A DNA stretch of 64,000 bases, from NCBI GenBank assembly GCA_010093815.1, contig ML996565.1. One strand, 5' to 3'. The translations under genes and the position numbers were made by a program. Position 1 is the first letter of the stretch. Every line of letters begins with the position of its first letter. The notes beneath the pieces were generated by a model. The model saw only the letters and a list, made by a program, of their open reading frames with translations, searched no databases and was not told the origin of the DNA. The stretch comes from Pseudovirgaria hyperparasitica (Eukaryota). Below, in pieces: positions 51,408-63,540 of this stretch.

Positions 51408-51987
51408 CTAAGCATTGCCGACTTTGAAAAAACGTTTGACATCGCGAAGTCTTGAATGAAGCCAGGATCCTGAATCGTGCATGTTCATCAAATGAGCGTG
51501 GTAGCCCACCTCAAGATCGTTGACATCGAGAGATTCTGGTCCATTTGGTAGCTTCAAGTCCATCAGTACCTCTGTCAACCAGATTGAGTCGTATGCATAC
51601 CCAGTGATCACTACCGGTCAGGTCTTTATCGCCATTCGAAGCCAATGGTACAGCAACAGCAAGATCTTGCCCATCGCGAGGACTGTTGTAAGCAGACACC
51701 CACTGGGATCTCGTGGCCGTACTATCGACAGTAAAGCCAGCCTCAGATTTTTGTGCATCACGAGGGATCTTGTAAGCAGACACCCACTGAGATCTCGTGG
51801 CCGTACTGTCGACGGTCGTAGGGTTTACATCTGGATCATGAATAGACCGTTCCTTGATGGCCTGTGCTACGTTAGTTCCATATCATATCATAGAGCGTTA
51901 GAAACTCCCGGCTATGTTGACCGAAGGCGCTATCGCCATGCATGCCGCGGTAGCAGCCAGAGTAGAGGAGAAAAACACTGTCTTCAT
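51408..51987 (-). CDS. Putative dikaritin (fungal RiPP) precursor peptide with two core repeats
   Basis: Signal peptide MKTVFFSSTLAATAACMAIAPS, intron ending CTAAC…CAG at 51862, then AIKERSIHDPDVNPT-TVDSTATRSQWVSAY-KIPRDAQKSEAGF-TVDSTATRSQWVSAY-NSPRDGQ…. The 3' end is 51408 if the GTATGC…AAG intron is spliced, otherwise 51511. Adjacent to two DUF3328 genes. Confidence 0.75.
51688..51816 (-). repeat. Two 45-nt direct repeats (84-nt period) encoding TVDSTATRSQWVSAY
   Basis: Copies at 51772-51816 and 51688-51732 differ at three positions, all synonymous third positions in this frame (ACC/ACT, GAC/GAT, TCT/TCC). Confidence 0.95.
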
Positions 51988-52501
51988 TTCGAAAGGAACT
52001 TTCAGTTGGTCGTTTTGCGCGTTGGGTAGAAGTATTCTATTCTTATATCTACTCTAATCACGCTAATCATAATTACAGACATCGGTTAAATCTCTCAAGG
52101 CTCATCGTATAAGTCAGGGGATCCCGGGAAGCAGAATAGGGAAGGGATTGGATGCTTGCTAGATTTCTCTTGCCAGCCTACAGAATATTCAACATATTTG
52201 TTCGTCTACGGCATAGGCTTATCTTGCCTGACTGTTGCACTAAACCGGGATCGTGCATGTGCAGGAGGACAGCATCACAATGCGGGACTAAGTTGTAGAG
52301 GATCACTAGTGCGACTGAATGTTGCATAGATGTGCAGGGGACAACCACAGCGCCAAAACACTCTGCTGTGCCTCAACCCAGCATTCTAGCATTCCCGAAG
52401 CACTGCCATACTGCTGTCCCAGATATCCATTATTCAGCACATTTCGGAACATCTTTAAGTCAAGCCTCGAACATAGATTGTAATCATCATTCTCTTTCAC
52501 A

Positions 52502-53552
52502 ATGTTTCGACGCCAAGCAGCTGGGTCGAGAGGCCATGATGGACTTGAGTATGTTCGTCTTGAAAATCTCGACTCCAGTAGTATAACCACTACTGGGATA
52601 CATAGGGCACCAGATGCAGAAGAGCAGCCCATTGTTGGACAATACGAACCTATGCGCAGACCAAGAATAATTGTACTAAAGCGCATCGTCTTTGTTCTCT
52701 CCTTGGTCTTAAACTTCGTGAGCGCCTGGAAATGGTTGTTTCCAGGATCCTTATATGATCGAATTCTTACATACTGTGAGGCCAGATCACTCCGAAATGA
52801 GTCCGCGTGCAGAGTACTAACCAGAACGAGAAGCTCCTGCTCTGCCTGTTATTGAGAATGAGAGAGTTGTTTTCTCAAGTGCGTTTGGCATTGAACGATC
52901 ACCATTCCAAGGAGAGCCTTCAGAAGCGAACAATGAATTGTGGACCGGTCTCTACGACTGTAAGAAGTCCATGATTTTGCTCGGTTACCAATGCTAATTG
53001 TTTTGAGTTGGCATTACAAGAATCAGCGCAGAGGAAGCTAGGCCTATGGACAACAAGACTCTCCCCTTGCCCGATAACAAGGGCGGCTACGTAGTTCAAT
53101 TATCAGTGTTCCATCAGCTTCATTGTTTGGTGAGTCTGAACTGCGTGAAATGAATATGAAAATCCGTGCTGATCGAATTGTCTGACAGAACATGATCAGA
53201 AAGGGTATATATAACGGTGTCGATATGTCGAATGTGGATGAATTGATGGGTATCGAGCATATTGATCATTGTATTGATATGCTCCGTCAAAGCATAATGG
53301 TATGTCAGTGCAACGCATGTGACTCATTCTGACGAGCTTCGATAGTGCCATAGTGACATAACTCCTACTACGTTTGCACGGCAATCGCTCAAGGACAGCA
53401 TGAAAGTCGTGGCAGAAGTTGTCCATACTTGTAGGAAGTTCTCTAATATTCAACAGTGGGCCTGGAATAGACGGATCAAAAGCGCCATTGATAAGGAGAC
53501 GGTTGTTACTAATGATCCCTTGGGATGGGGAACGTACACATATTCACCATAG
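52502..53552 (+). CDS. UstYa-family (DUF3328) oxidase 1
   Basis: Five exons: TM helix, YSPA, SPFQGEPSEANNELW, VFHQLHCL|NMIRK, EHIDHCIDMLRQSIM|CHSDITP, HTCRKFSNIQQWA. Both HxxHC motifs are intact. Confidence 0.93.
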
Positions 53553-53774
53553 GCTTATTCAGTTGTGCATAGATATTGCGAATCTGGCAGAAGGGTTGAT
53601 AGAGTAGTCATACAGTATCTAGTTTCCAGACCACTCCCTCTACAGGGCTGGTAGAGATCTAATTGATTGGGACGATACCACAATGTGGGGACAGTGCGGC
53701 TGTACCGAATTGTCGGTTTTACGAAAAAGGCCAATATGTATTGGTAGGAGATCAAACGAAGCGTCCGAATAGAC

Positions 53775-54666
53775 TCAATTGACATCATTTTCTGCATAAA
53801 TTCCTAGCTCAGAGTCATGCTTGTTGACCCATTCTGTAATCGCAGCGAAGTCTCGACACATGTGGGTTGTAGAGAAACGGGGAACAGGTTTCAGTTTACC
53901 AACGTCAGTGTAAAAGACGAGACCTATATCTCCGTTGCACATTAGGACCTGACGAAGGAGATCTATACAGTGATCTGTTTACCCTTAGATAATATACATT
54001 CCTGAACAGTACTAGAACTTACCAACGTGCTCCCAAACCATATCCGGGGGATCCTGGAATGTGTCGACATGTTGATAGTTCTGCCGCCAGATGAATTTAC
54101 GAGTTATATCTAGACAATGCAGCTGGTGATAAACTTCGACTGTAGCATAATAATGACCGTTGACGCCTTTTGAAGGCTTTGAAGTTGGATCAAACGACTG
54201 CAACGTCTCATTGTTAACTAGAAGCATAGGCTCTGCTGAGAGTCAGAATGAAAGTATGTATACTGGTGTGGCCGTAGAGAATTCGAAGACAATACATACG
54301 ATCGACCAACCTCTTCCACGCGTCGTCAAGTTGTGGTCTAGGAGGACCCTTGTAAACTGATGGTGCTCCCAAATCAGCGTCAAACCTCTTAGGACTGTAT
54401 TGTGCTAAGTCAATCAGAGGGTCTCCATTGCGTTAGTACCAGAAGCGGAGTTATAAAAAAGGATTTACATTACAATGACTCTTCAAGACTCGTTGTTGTC
54501 GGCTATCTGTTGGAAGCAAAGTCGTCTTGTTACATGAATTTAGTCGTTGGAAACTCCAGATATTGAGGATAACGGTGAAAAAGAAAACAACAATGTTCAG
54601 ACTGGTCAAGATTCGGGCCCAGCAGGCTCGAAATGAAGTCGTCTCGTGATTGTAAAAGACCTCCAT
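53775..54666 (-). CDS. UstYa-family (DUF3328) oxidase 2
   Basis: Four exons: TM helix, SVYKGPPRPQLDDAW, EVYHQLHCLDITRK, EHV|DHCIDLLRQVLMCNGD, HMCRDFAAITEWV, stop at 53775. The start codon is uncertain. Confidence 0.9.
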
Positions 54667-55199
54667 CGCGAGAAGCTTCACAGTCAGTAGACACCTTCAA
54701 TAAGGGAGCCAGAGGCTCCAGAAACCGATTATCATGCTCTTCCTTTTCGCTTCACCCTGTCATACGAAGGCTCTAGTGCAATTACTGGGCAGTCGCGGCA
54801 TTTCATAGCCAACGTCATCTTGCTGGCTCCAGAAAATCCCTCACCATGTAATCTCAAAACGTATAACCACTGAGGTGGCCTGGCTTGACCTGTTTAAAAG
54901 GAGGATGCATGTAAGGAACTTACCCATGATAGTGCATGCATACCGTGTGTTTGGGTTTCGCCTAGCCCCAACTTGGGTGCCGGGGATGAGCTGTGTGGCT
55001 GGCTGTGGGCGGGCTGTTGCTTCACAGATGCCGATAGTTCACCGCAAATGGATTGACATTCGAAGAAAGTGAGGACATTCGGCATATCCGAAGATAAAGG
55101 ATTTTGACACCCCAGTACTTTATCCATCCAGCAGAACATACTTATGTCTGCGTTTCGGGATATTAGATAGGCCTGGTCTGTGCGATATTCGGAGAGAAG

Positions 55200-55580
55200 T
55201 CCTTACCTTAGTGTAGCTTTTAGCTCATCCATAGAAGCACCCTCATGAGTCATTTCTCGGGAGCTTATTATATAGAGAGTAGAGATAGTAGCTTACGATT
55301 TATATTTTTGCTTTCATATCGAACATACTCCCTAATAAATAAGATAGCTAGTTGCTATTAAGTTTTTCTTCTCGATATCTCTATCTATTTTGCCTGACAT
55401 CTATAATACTATCTAGCGTTCTATACTTCTATTCTATTATTATAGTTCGTCAAGGTATAGTGTGCATTACGGGGACTATTTATTATGAAAATGTTATTAT
55501 TATACTAAGCCGCTATCTCTAATTCTATATAAGCTCCCGAGACTACAATTTCATGTGGAAAATGCGGGGGCGTCATATTA
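55200..55580. other. AT/TpA-rich tract, probable RIP-degraded relic
   Basis: Sequences such as ctataatactatctagcgttctatacttctattctattattatag; no ORF. Confidence 0.5.
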
Positions 55581-56509
55581 TACTCTTTGAGGAAGCTCCA
55601 TATAGAGTTCCATGGTCACGTGTACACAGTATAAACATGAAATCGTAGTAGCACGATGTGTTATGGATCCAAGGTTACAATGTGTCTCTGAACCTTCACA
55701 CCCAATCAATGCATAGCCGCCTGCAACGCACGCACTTGCTTTGGGCTTAAAATAGGCAGCAATCACTACTTGAGTGACAGCACTATGTTTCAAAAAAGGA
55801 CTTTGCTTGTTCTATTACCAATTCTGATACGAACTACGAGTCAACGTCACTTTCATATTATATTAATTTGTAGATAGCGTACCTAGTGGCAAAGGCGGAG
55901 AATCGCCCCAAGGCAAGAGTACGTTTCTAGTAGACCGCACACAGTATCCCTCAAAGACAGACCAGCGCTCCCTGCTCTTCACGTTGATCGAACAAAAGCA
56001 CCTCCAGCCATTCCAGGAAAGTTATTTCATCATTCGAGCTCGCGACGATGAGTCGGAGAGACCAGCTACGTCTAAGTATGAAGAACTTGGTCTCTTTGTT
56101 GTCCCTGGTCTGGTGAGAGGTGTCCCTCCAGGAGTTCTCTAGAGTGGAGATCCAAAGACTGAAGGACAGAGCGGTGGCTCAGACTCTGTCACAGGTGGGG
56201 GAGATGCGGCAGTGATAGCTGACGTCACATCCTAAATTAGACTGTGTTATTCCAAATGAGCAGGTTAGTTCGTGCTGATCAGAAAGCCAGCACGTTACGA
56301 CAATGTACTTTTCACGAGCGTCGTCTCAGTGTGCCGGCGATGCGTCACTTTGAAGGAACCTTAGATAGGCCCGGTTGGTGCTTCAAACCCTGTCAGAAGC
56401 ACGCAGTCATTCTCCAACAATGTCTCGTAGATGACACGGGCAACAGTGAAGTGGTTCAGTTGCGGTGACTCGAACTCTTGCTGCCCAAATAGCCATGCTT
56501 CTGACGTCT

Positions 56510-57029
56510 TCATAAACCACCTTGGAACCCGAATGAAGATAGTATGAGGACCAAAGTGCAGACAAGTGCCCAAGCGAACGGAATCCAGGTTGACACTCTA
56601 TAGTAACCCGCTTGATATACGGTTCCAATTCTGTCATGGGTGAGTATCACATATCTTGTATCATGAAAGCACATACAAGCCTCCCGTAACGCTGCCTGCA
56701 ATTAATGCCTCCACTCCACCGATCACAGCATATATTATTGGCACCGTCCATATCACCTTATAATTCCGTTTTTGGATCGCAATCGCCCAGAAGCAGACAG
56801 CGGCGTGTACAGCAGCGTAGAAGATGAGTGTCCAGAGAAGCGTGAACCTCCAGACGTCTCCAATATTGTATAAGAAATTTGCCTGGGGGCCGGCCACAGG
56901 AATTGGCCAGTACAGAGATGGAAATGATGGAGTTGTGTAGCCTAGGGGTGCGGTGCGGATGTTTCGCTGCAAGAAACTGCAGCTCGTCAGTGACTTGGAC
57001 AGGATCGTAAAATCAGTCGCATACCTCAT
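56510..57029 (-). CDS. Small integral membrane protein, TMEM170-like
   Basis: Three exons: MS|FLQRNIRTAPLGYTTPSFPSLYWP…DVWRFTLLWTLIFY…GSVTGGL|IGTVYQAGYYRVSTWIPFAWA…SFGFQGGL*. Confidence 0.8.
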
Positions 57030-57642
57030 TGGGCCCTACAAGTTGTGGTCGCGCGGATGCATATTCATCGGATCATGAAGCTGCGACGATAAAAGTGGAT
57101 GTATGGCGCAACTAGAATGAATGACTATGCTAGTTGCTTGCCTTGCTGCCTTAGACAGCCTGTCGGCGTATCGCAACAAGTAAACCTGACACCTATGGTC
57201 ACTACACTATGAGAGACCGGTCTTCCTTCTACACGATCTTTTGGCCTTCGATACTGGATGATCAAAGAGTACCACAACAATAGTACAATGTGTGTTTGCG
57301 ACGATAGCTCCCTTGGCGTTCAGACCACCGGTTAAACCATCACCTACGCCACCGGCCCCTTTCAAACAGCCGTGTCGCATTCACTTTCGTCAACGCGTCT
57401 GACTTGTCTTTCCCAACCTCCTTCTCCACAGATCTCTTTGCACTTTTCAAAATATCCACGCTTTTCCATGTCCAATCCGCGAAAAGCTCGTACATTCGTA
57501 CGGTAGCAAGGATCTTCCGATCGCGTTGTCCTCTACGACAAGCCTCCATTTATCCCTTCGAATTGCGCGCGCATATTGTTTACGCCTGTTCAGCCGCTGA
57601 AATATCGTCTGGAAGACACGCTGGTCAACTGATACAGTCATC

Positions 57643-59737
57643 ATGGGCAGCAGAAAAGAGAAGGAGGCCGCACCGCTGGGTGAGGCCCTTGCAAAGAAGG
57701 GCGGATTGACGCTTTCGCAATTGGCGAACTACGATGACTTGATCACGGATCTGGTTGTAGATCGTGTATGTACTCCTGTATGATCGCGGGGTTCAGAGTG
57801 AACCCTTTATCGGCGAACAATGTCTAACGAGCTTTATGCAGATATATTACTGGACCTCAATTCGCAAGAACAAGCCACGGTATTCGGCAGCCCGAGGCAC
57901 ACGCGAGGAAGAAATCTGCGACGTAATTCGCCAACATGTCATTGAAGAGAAACAGCCCGGGCGTGCGGTGGAAAAGTTCCTTACACAGATAAGCGCCTCG
58001 CGCAATTTCTACCAACGCTTACGAACCGTGGACGAAAAGGACCACTTTAAGAAGCACTTGCGGAAATACGTTGATATCTATATGCCGGACTGTCCTTTTG
58101 AGGTTACAACAACTAATCGATACACAATCGACACTCATGAAGCGTCCATTACTGCACGCAAGGAGATCAAGAAGGGGGAGACCATCAAATATCTAAGCGG
58201 CGTGCAGGTCGCACTCACGAAGGCGGAAGAGAAGGACTTAGACTTGACGAGACGTGACTTCAGTATTGTCATGTCGAGTCGCAAAAAGTGCCCGTCACTG
58301 TTCTTGGGCCCGGCACGCTTCGCAAACCACGACTGCAACGCGAACGCAAAGTTGATGACGCACGGTTGGAACGGCATGCAGATTCAATCTGTGAAGCATA
58401 TTGAGGTTGGCGAGGAAATCACCGTAAAATATGGAGATGACTACTTCGGTGAAGACAATTGCGAATGTTTATGTGAGAGTTGTGAGAAAGCTGGCAGGAA
58501 TGGATGGGCGGCATACTATGAGGAATCGTCAACCAATGTGTCATCTGACTCTATCTCAAGTCGAGCGCCGAGTCCTGGCCCAGAAGAGTCATCTGGAAAT
58601 GGAACGCCCTACTCTTTCCGGAAAAAGAGAAAGCATGATGGCGAAGAGGATAACATCGGAAAGGAAGATACACCTGTCTCTAGCAAAAAGCGTCGAAAGA
58701 GTTGGGAAAGCGACGTAGCTTCAGGCTCCAGAGTCCCTCAATTCCTCAGCTCTCCAAGCAGGGTGAAACGGCCTAGTCTGCTGTCTCGTACTATTCAGCA
58801 AGAGTCGTCCCCAACGCCGCCGGTCAGGCATGATGACACTGTGGCCTCTACCGCACCCATTGATTGCGTTTTGCCGTCTACGAGGCGGCTGAGTAAATCA
58901 CCTGCCAAGGGAAGAAGAGCCTCTGCTGACCACGCTCCAATCTCTTCATCAGACTCTGAGGCTTCCATTGGATCACCATTCGCCTCATCTGTAAACGATT
59001 CAAATCCATCGACCCAGTCTACAGCTGCTAGCTCCGTCGATGACGACCTTATTAGTAAAGTCAAGTCTGAATATGATTCTGCAACCCTTACGGTCGGGGG
59101 AGTGGTACTCGGTCCTCAGAGAGCACTAATCCCAAAGTCTGCTTCCAAGGCGCGACTCAACTTACTCCTCGATGCTGATGATTCATCTGATCTCTCTGAA
59201 CTGTCTGATAGCCTGGAAATGGACGACGTAAGCCAAACAATTCGACGCAGACCCAGAGCCACGCGCGCGAGAAGTCGCCCCAACCTGCTCAGCACACCTA
59301 TTGCCTCAATCGAAGACCCCGATCGTCCAAATCTGAACCCTCGACGACATGGCGACTATACCATGACCGAAGTGCTACTGTGTAATTTGAATTCACGGTG
59401 GGTCAAGTGCCGAACCTGTAATTCAGACTTTGTCCAGGACGATGTGCAAACGCGAGCGGAATGCCCACGTTGCGAGCGTCACTCGAAGTTGTATGGCTAC
59501 GTTTGGCCAAAATGTGAGAAGGAAAACAAGCACGACCAGGAAGAGCGGATAGTTGATCATCGCATGGTCAACCGCTTCATTGCCCCCGAGGAGGAGAGAG
59601 AAGTGCGTCGAGGCAGAAGGGGGCTGAGGGAGGAAATTCTCAAGAGAGAGACTCAGAGCCGGGAGAGGAGCCTGAGCATGGCCGGTTCAGAGAGCCCAAG
59701 AAGAAGTGGCAGATCGCGCCTCCGAATATCGTATTGA
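57643..59737 (+). CDS. set9: Histone H4K20 methyltransferase Set9
   Basis: Exon 1 …LTLSQLANYDDLITDLVVDR, intron, then IYYWTSIRK, SET domain DFSIVMSSRKKCPSLFLGPARFANHDC…EITVKYGDDYFG, post-SET CECLCESC and C-terminal CPRCERHSKLYG. Confidence 0.95.
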
Positions 59738-60905
59738 GCTCGATGCGTCTTTCTCTACAACACATTTCTATATGGAGTATCTCAGCTGCATGTCGATATG
59801 CATTGGGTCATGATGAGTAGAGTGCGCTACAACGACTATTGCAGTAACGGCGCCCGGTAGAGGATGCCTGGGGTTAATTCGTGCACGGCTACAACATTAC
59901 CTATAATCTGCCTCGAAAGCATATGAGGCTGCTAAGATAGGCAGAACACGTTGTGCATTACGCACCTACTGTAAGATTACATATCATCGCCGCTGCTAAT
60001 GCCATAGCATGATCACCGGCGACATCATAGATTAGATATACACAAATGTACTTCTATATCTGCCCTTTCTGCAAGATTTAATCCATCATGGTTCTCTGCA
60101 GTCCTACCAAGCCTGAATGGAGCTTGACCGAAGATCTCATCACTGTGTGTGGTGTCGATTCTCGTCCTACCGCATCTAGCTTGTATCAATGCATCTTCAT
60201 GTCCCATTCTGTCATCAAGTAGAAGCGGCGGCGGCTGTTTGATATTACATGAGACAGGGAATAGGACTCCTCCTCAGCCGAGATAGCGAAGGAGACTTCC
60301 CACATGCATCTAACCGCACTGCCACGTCGCACAGGCATTGTTTGCCCTTCTCTCTTCGGCTCCTTCGCTCCACCTCCGGTGCCACAGGAGACGATTTCCA
60401 CGACGTAGCACCCTGCTCCAACGCTGTAGACATGTAGTTCAATATCATATCCTAGTCACGGTTACTTGTTTGCCTCAGTATGTCGCTTGTTTGCAAACGC
60501 CATTGTGCGTGTACTACGTTGAAGAGTCAGCTGATGGGCTGAGTTCGCACACTGCTGATCTAGTTGCTGGACTGGCAGGACACTCCTTTTCCCCTTCATT
60601 GTAGGTTTCTGTATTCGAGCTCGTTCGTGAGAGTGTTTACTGGTGGCAACAGTTGAACCTGCACGTCGCGAAGCGAGACTTATCAAGGACGGATGAGGCT
60701 AAACTATACGGCCCTATCGAATTTCTGCAAACTAGACAAATTGCATGGTTGTGGTTCGAGGCAGCTCACCGATATCTTTCCAAGTGTCTCATGTTGACAT
60801 ACAGCATCATCTCGAGTTCTTGATCTCGGCTTCTCGACGAATATCCCTAACCCCTTTATAAACAAGCCTAGACACACCCGGAAGATATCTTCTCTCCACG
60901 ACATC

Positions 60906-63394
60906 ATGGGCAACGCATCCTCAATGCCACCCCCTATCATCGCCGTCCCCGGCCCCTACGCCAACTACCCGATTGCCGACTACCATGAAGGCGACGAGAT
61001 CTGCCCTCCCTTCTACTACAGACCGCAGCCCGGTGGTCAACGTTTCCAGCCAGCACCACCCCAACCACCCTACGACCCATCATTCTACGGGCAAGCTAAT
61101 CACCACCTGCCATACAACCCTCAACATCCACCTCCTCGAGCCCATCTATACCCTCGCGCACGCAGAGATGCAGGCTTCGTCGAAGAACTCCCCGATAGCG
61201 ACGCCGATGACCATCCTCGTCAACCACCTCCTCGCGCACCTCGCTTTACAAAGGCTGAAATGGACACATATCCGCACGCACAAGCTGCTGCTGCGACTTC
61301 CACCAATAGAAACACAGCCGGAGATCCCTTCGTCGACGCATGCATCTGCCCAGGAACATGCAAGTGCCGGGGCAACGGGAAGAAGATCTCCTACCGAGGC
61401 CGGGACTCCAGAACCGGCGAAGCACTCTCCGGCACGATCCGTGTCGGGGACTTTGACGGCACGCAGGCAGCGCGCAAAGCGGCGCGGCGGAAGAAAAAGG
61501 CGAAGCAGAGCGAGCGAGAACGGGCGGAGAGGATGGAGGAGGGGATTGGGGGCATTCGGGAGGCGGTGGAGAAGGGGAATCGAGGTGTGGAGACGGCGAT
61601 GGAGAATCTGCCTCGGAGGTTGAGGGAGGCGTTTGAGCATGCTGTGCAAGGGGGTGGTGGAGATGGTGGGGATGAAGGTGAGATGGTTGAGGGGCGTGGG
61701 AGGAACGGGGTGCCGTCGCCACATTGGGGACTGCGTGGTAGAGGTGGATATGCCGGTGCTGAGTGCCATGATGGTGACGCATTCGGCGAAAGGGACCAGC
61801 ATGATATGTATAGGCCGCCACCGATGCGGTCTGGCATGGGCGCTCTGCGCGACCCTAGATATCAAAAACGACCACCGGGACGCCGCCAAGCTCGAAATGC
61901 GTTCGACGACCATCAGTTCGAATCTGACGATGACGACAGCTACGATGAAGAGCCATTTGTCGATCACCACAAAGGCCGAGACGGTGCCTTTGGCCACGAA
62001 GACCACAGAGCCAGAGGCAGAGCAGCCCACAGAGGCTTTGGCAGAGGCACTCGTGGTCTAGACGGGATGCGAAGAATGCAAAGCCGCATGGGTGGTCCAC
62101 ACGGAGGCAGGAGAGACCACATACATGTCCACGACCACGTCAACGCCGAGCACGGCGACAAGGACATGTTTGGCGGGCGTCTGCGCGGAGGACGAATGGA
62201 TGATGACTGGAGCACGGAGTCTAGCGATCATTTCGTCGGCAAAGGAGGAGGAGGAAGATGCCGACGAGGGAGAAACATGCGTAAACATGGAGGAGACGAG
62301 GATGACTGGGATGATGACGGTGATGATGGTGAGTTCTACACTGACTACTACTGAGTGGCGCCAGCGAGTACGTTGTGATCTTTGTGAATACACCACCATA
62401 CGTTTAACATTCTTTCCTCCTTTCAGCTTATGGAACGTCATCATATCAGTTCGCTTCTCACTCCAACAAACACTAACAATACAAAATAGCCGCGAAACCG
62501 CCAAAACACACCAATCCACCACCAGACCCAAAGACAACAGACCCACAGCCAACTCCGCAAGCCGCACCACCACCACCACCACCAGAAGACCCATCACCAA
62601 AATCTCCACCCGCAGTCAATCCCCCCACCCCAAACACCACACCCCCTCAGCACGCCCAGCAAACAAACCCATACCCCATCCCCTCCTACCCACACCCAAC
62701 ACACCCCTTCCCACCAAACCCCTACAACCCCAACCCAAGACCAGGATCCTATCCCCAGCCACCACCCTACCAAACCTACCCAACCGCACCCGCAAACCCC
62801 AACTATACCATACCCGCCCAACCCACAAACCTCCAACGCCCACCATACCCCCAGCAAACGCACTTCTTCGACCAACAACAAGGTGTGGCGCCCGGCACCA
62901 CGCTCCGCGGCACAGCAAACCAATACCCGTATCCATATCCATATCCATACCAAACCCAATATCAAAACCAACACCAACATCAGTATCCGAACCTGTATCC
63001 GAATCCGAACCAGCATCCGAACCAGCACCCGAATCCATACCCGAATCCGAATCCAAATCTAAATCCATACCAAGCGCAAGCAACACGTCGAGAAGCCCGT
63101 ATGGACGAGGATGCAGACGCAGATCCAGATGCAGATGCGAAAATGGGACGTGAAGGGGGTGAAAATCAGCAGGATGAGTGGGATGAAGGGCGGAGCGGGG
63201 AAGGTGGTGATGGCGATGAGGGGAAAGGTGAGAGTCCAGATGGGCGGGAAGGGGGAGAGAGAAGAGGAGTTGGGCGGAATGAGAGAAGAGCTGATAGTGG
63301 CAGGGAGCAGGATGAGAGGAGAGGGTTCATGTGGGGCGGAAGAGAAGGTGAGAGAGCGAGGAAAGGGAAGGGAGGGGGTGTGAAGGATGTCTAG
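60906..63394 (+). CDS. Low-complexity Pro/Gly/Arg-rich hypothetical protein; 3' exon structure uncertain
   Basis: 482-aa ORF 60906..62354 with a small CICPGTCKC motif. A GTGAGT donor near 62329 and a CTAAC…TAG acceptor near 62489 would join it to a Pro/Tyr/Asn/Gln-rich exon ending at 63394. Confidence 0.55.
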
Positions 63395-63540
63395 GCATAC
63401 ATACAAGAATTCCTGATATATTATAAGAACGCGGACCTACTCCACAGCGTACAAATCCGACATGCCGCTCATACTCTCCATCTCTGTCTCACTCAGGCTA
63501 TCTGCAAGAAAAAAAACTTTCCATATTCAGTCGGCCATCA

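Noticed and set aside
51688..51816. Direct repeats with spacer as a possible CRISPR-like array
   Set aside because: Eukaryotic context, only two copies, and a codon-phased 84-nt period explained by a peptide repeat.
51520..52029. 169-aa plus-strand ORF containing VSRHPLxSRGRTxD repeats
   Set aside because: It is the antisense shadow of the precursor. Repeat differences are non-synonymous in this frame but synonymous on the minus strand, which also has the signal peptide.
55600..56470. Protein-like plus-strand fragment with internal stop
   Set aside because: No start, no motif and adjacent to a RIP-like tract. Unidentifiable relic.
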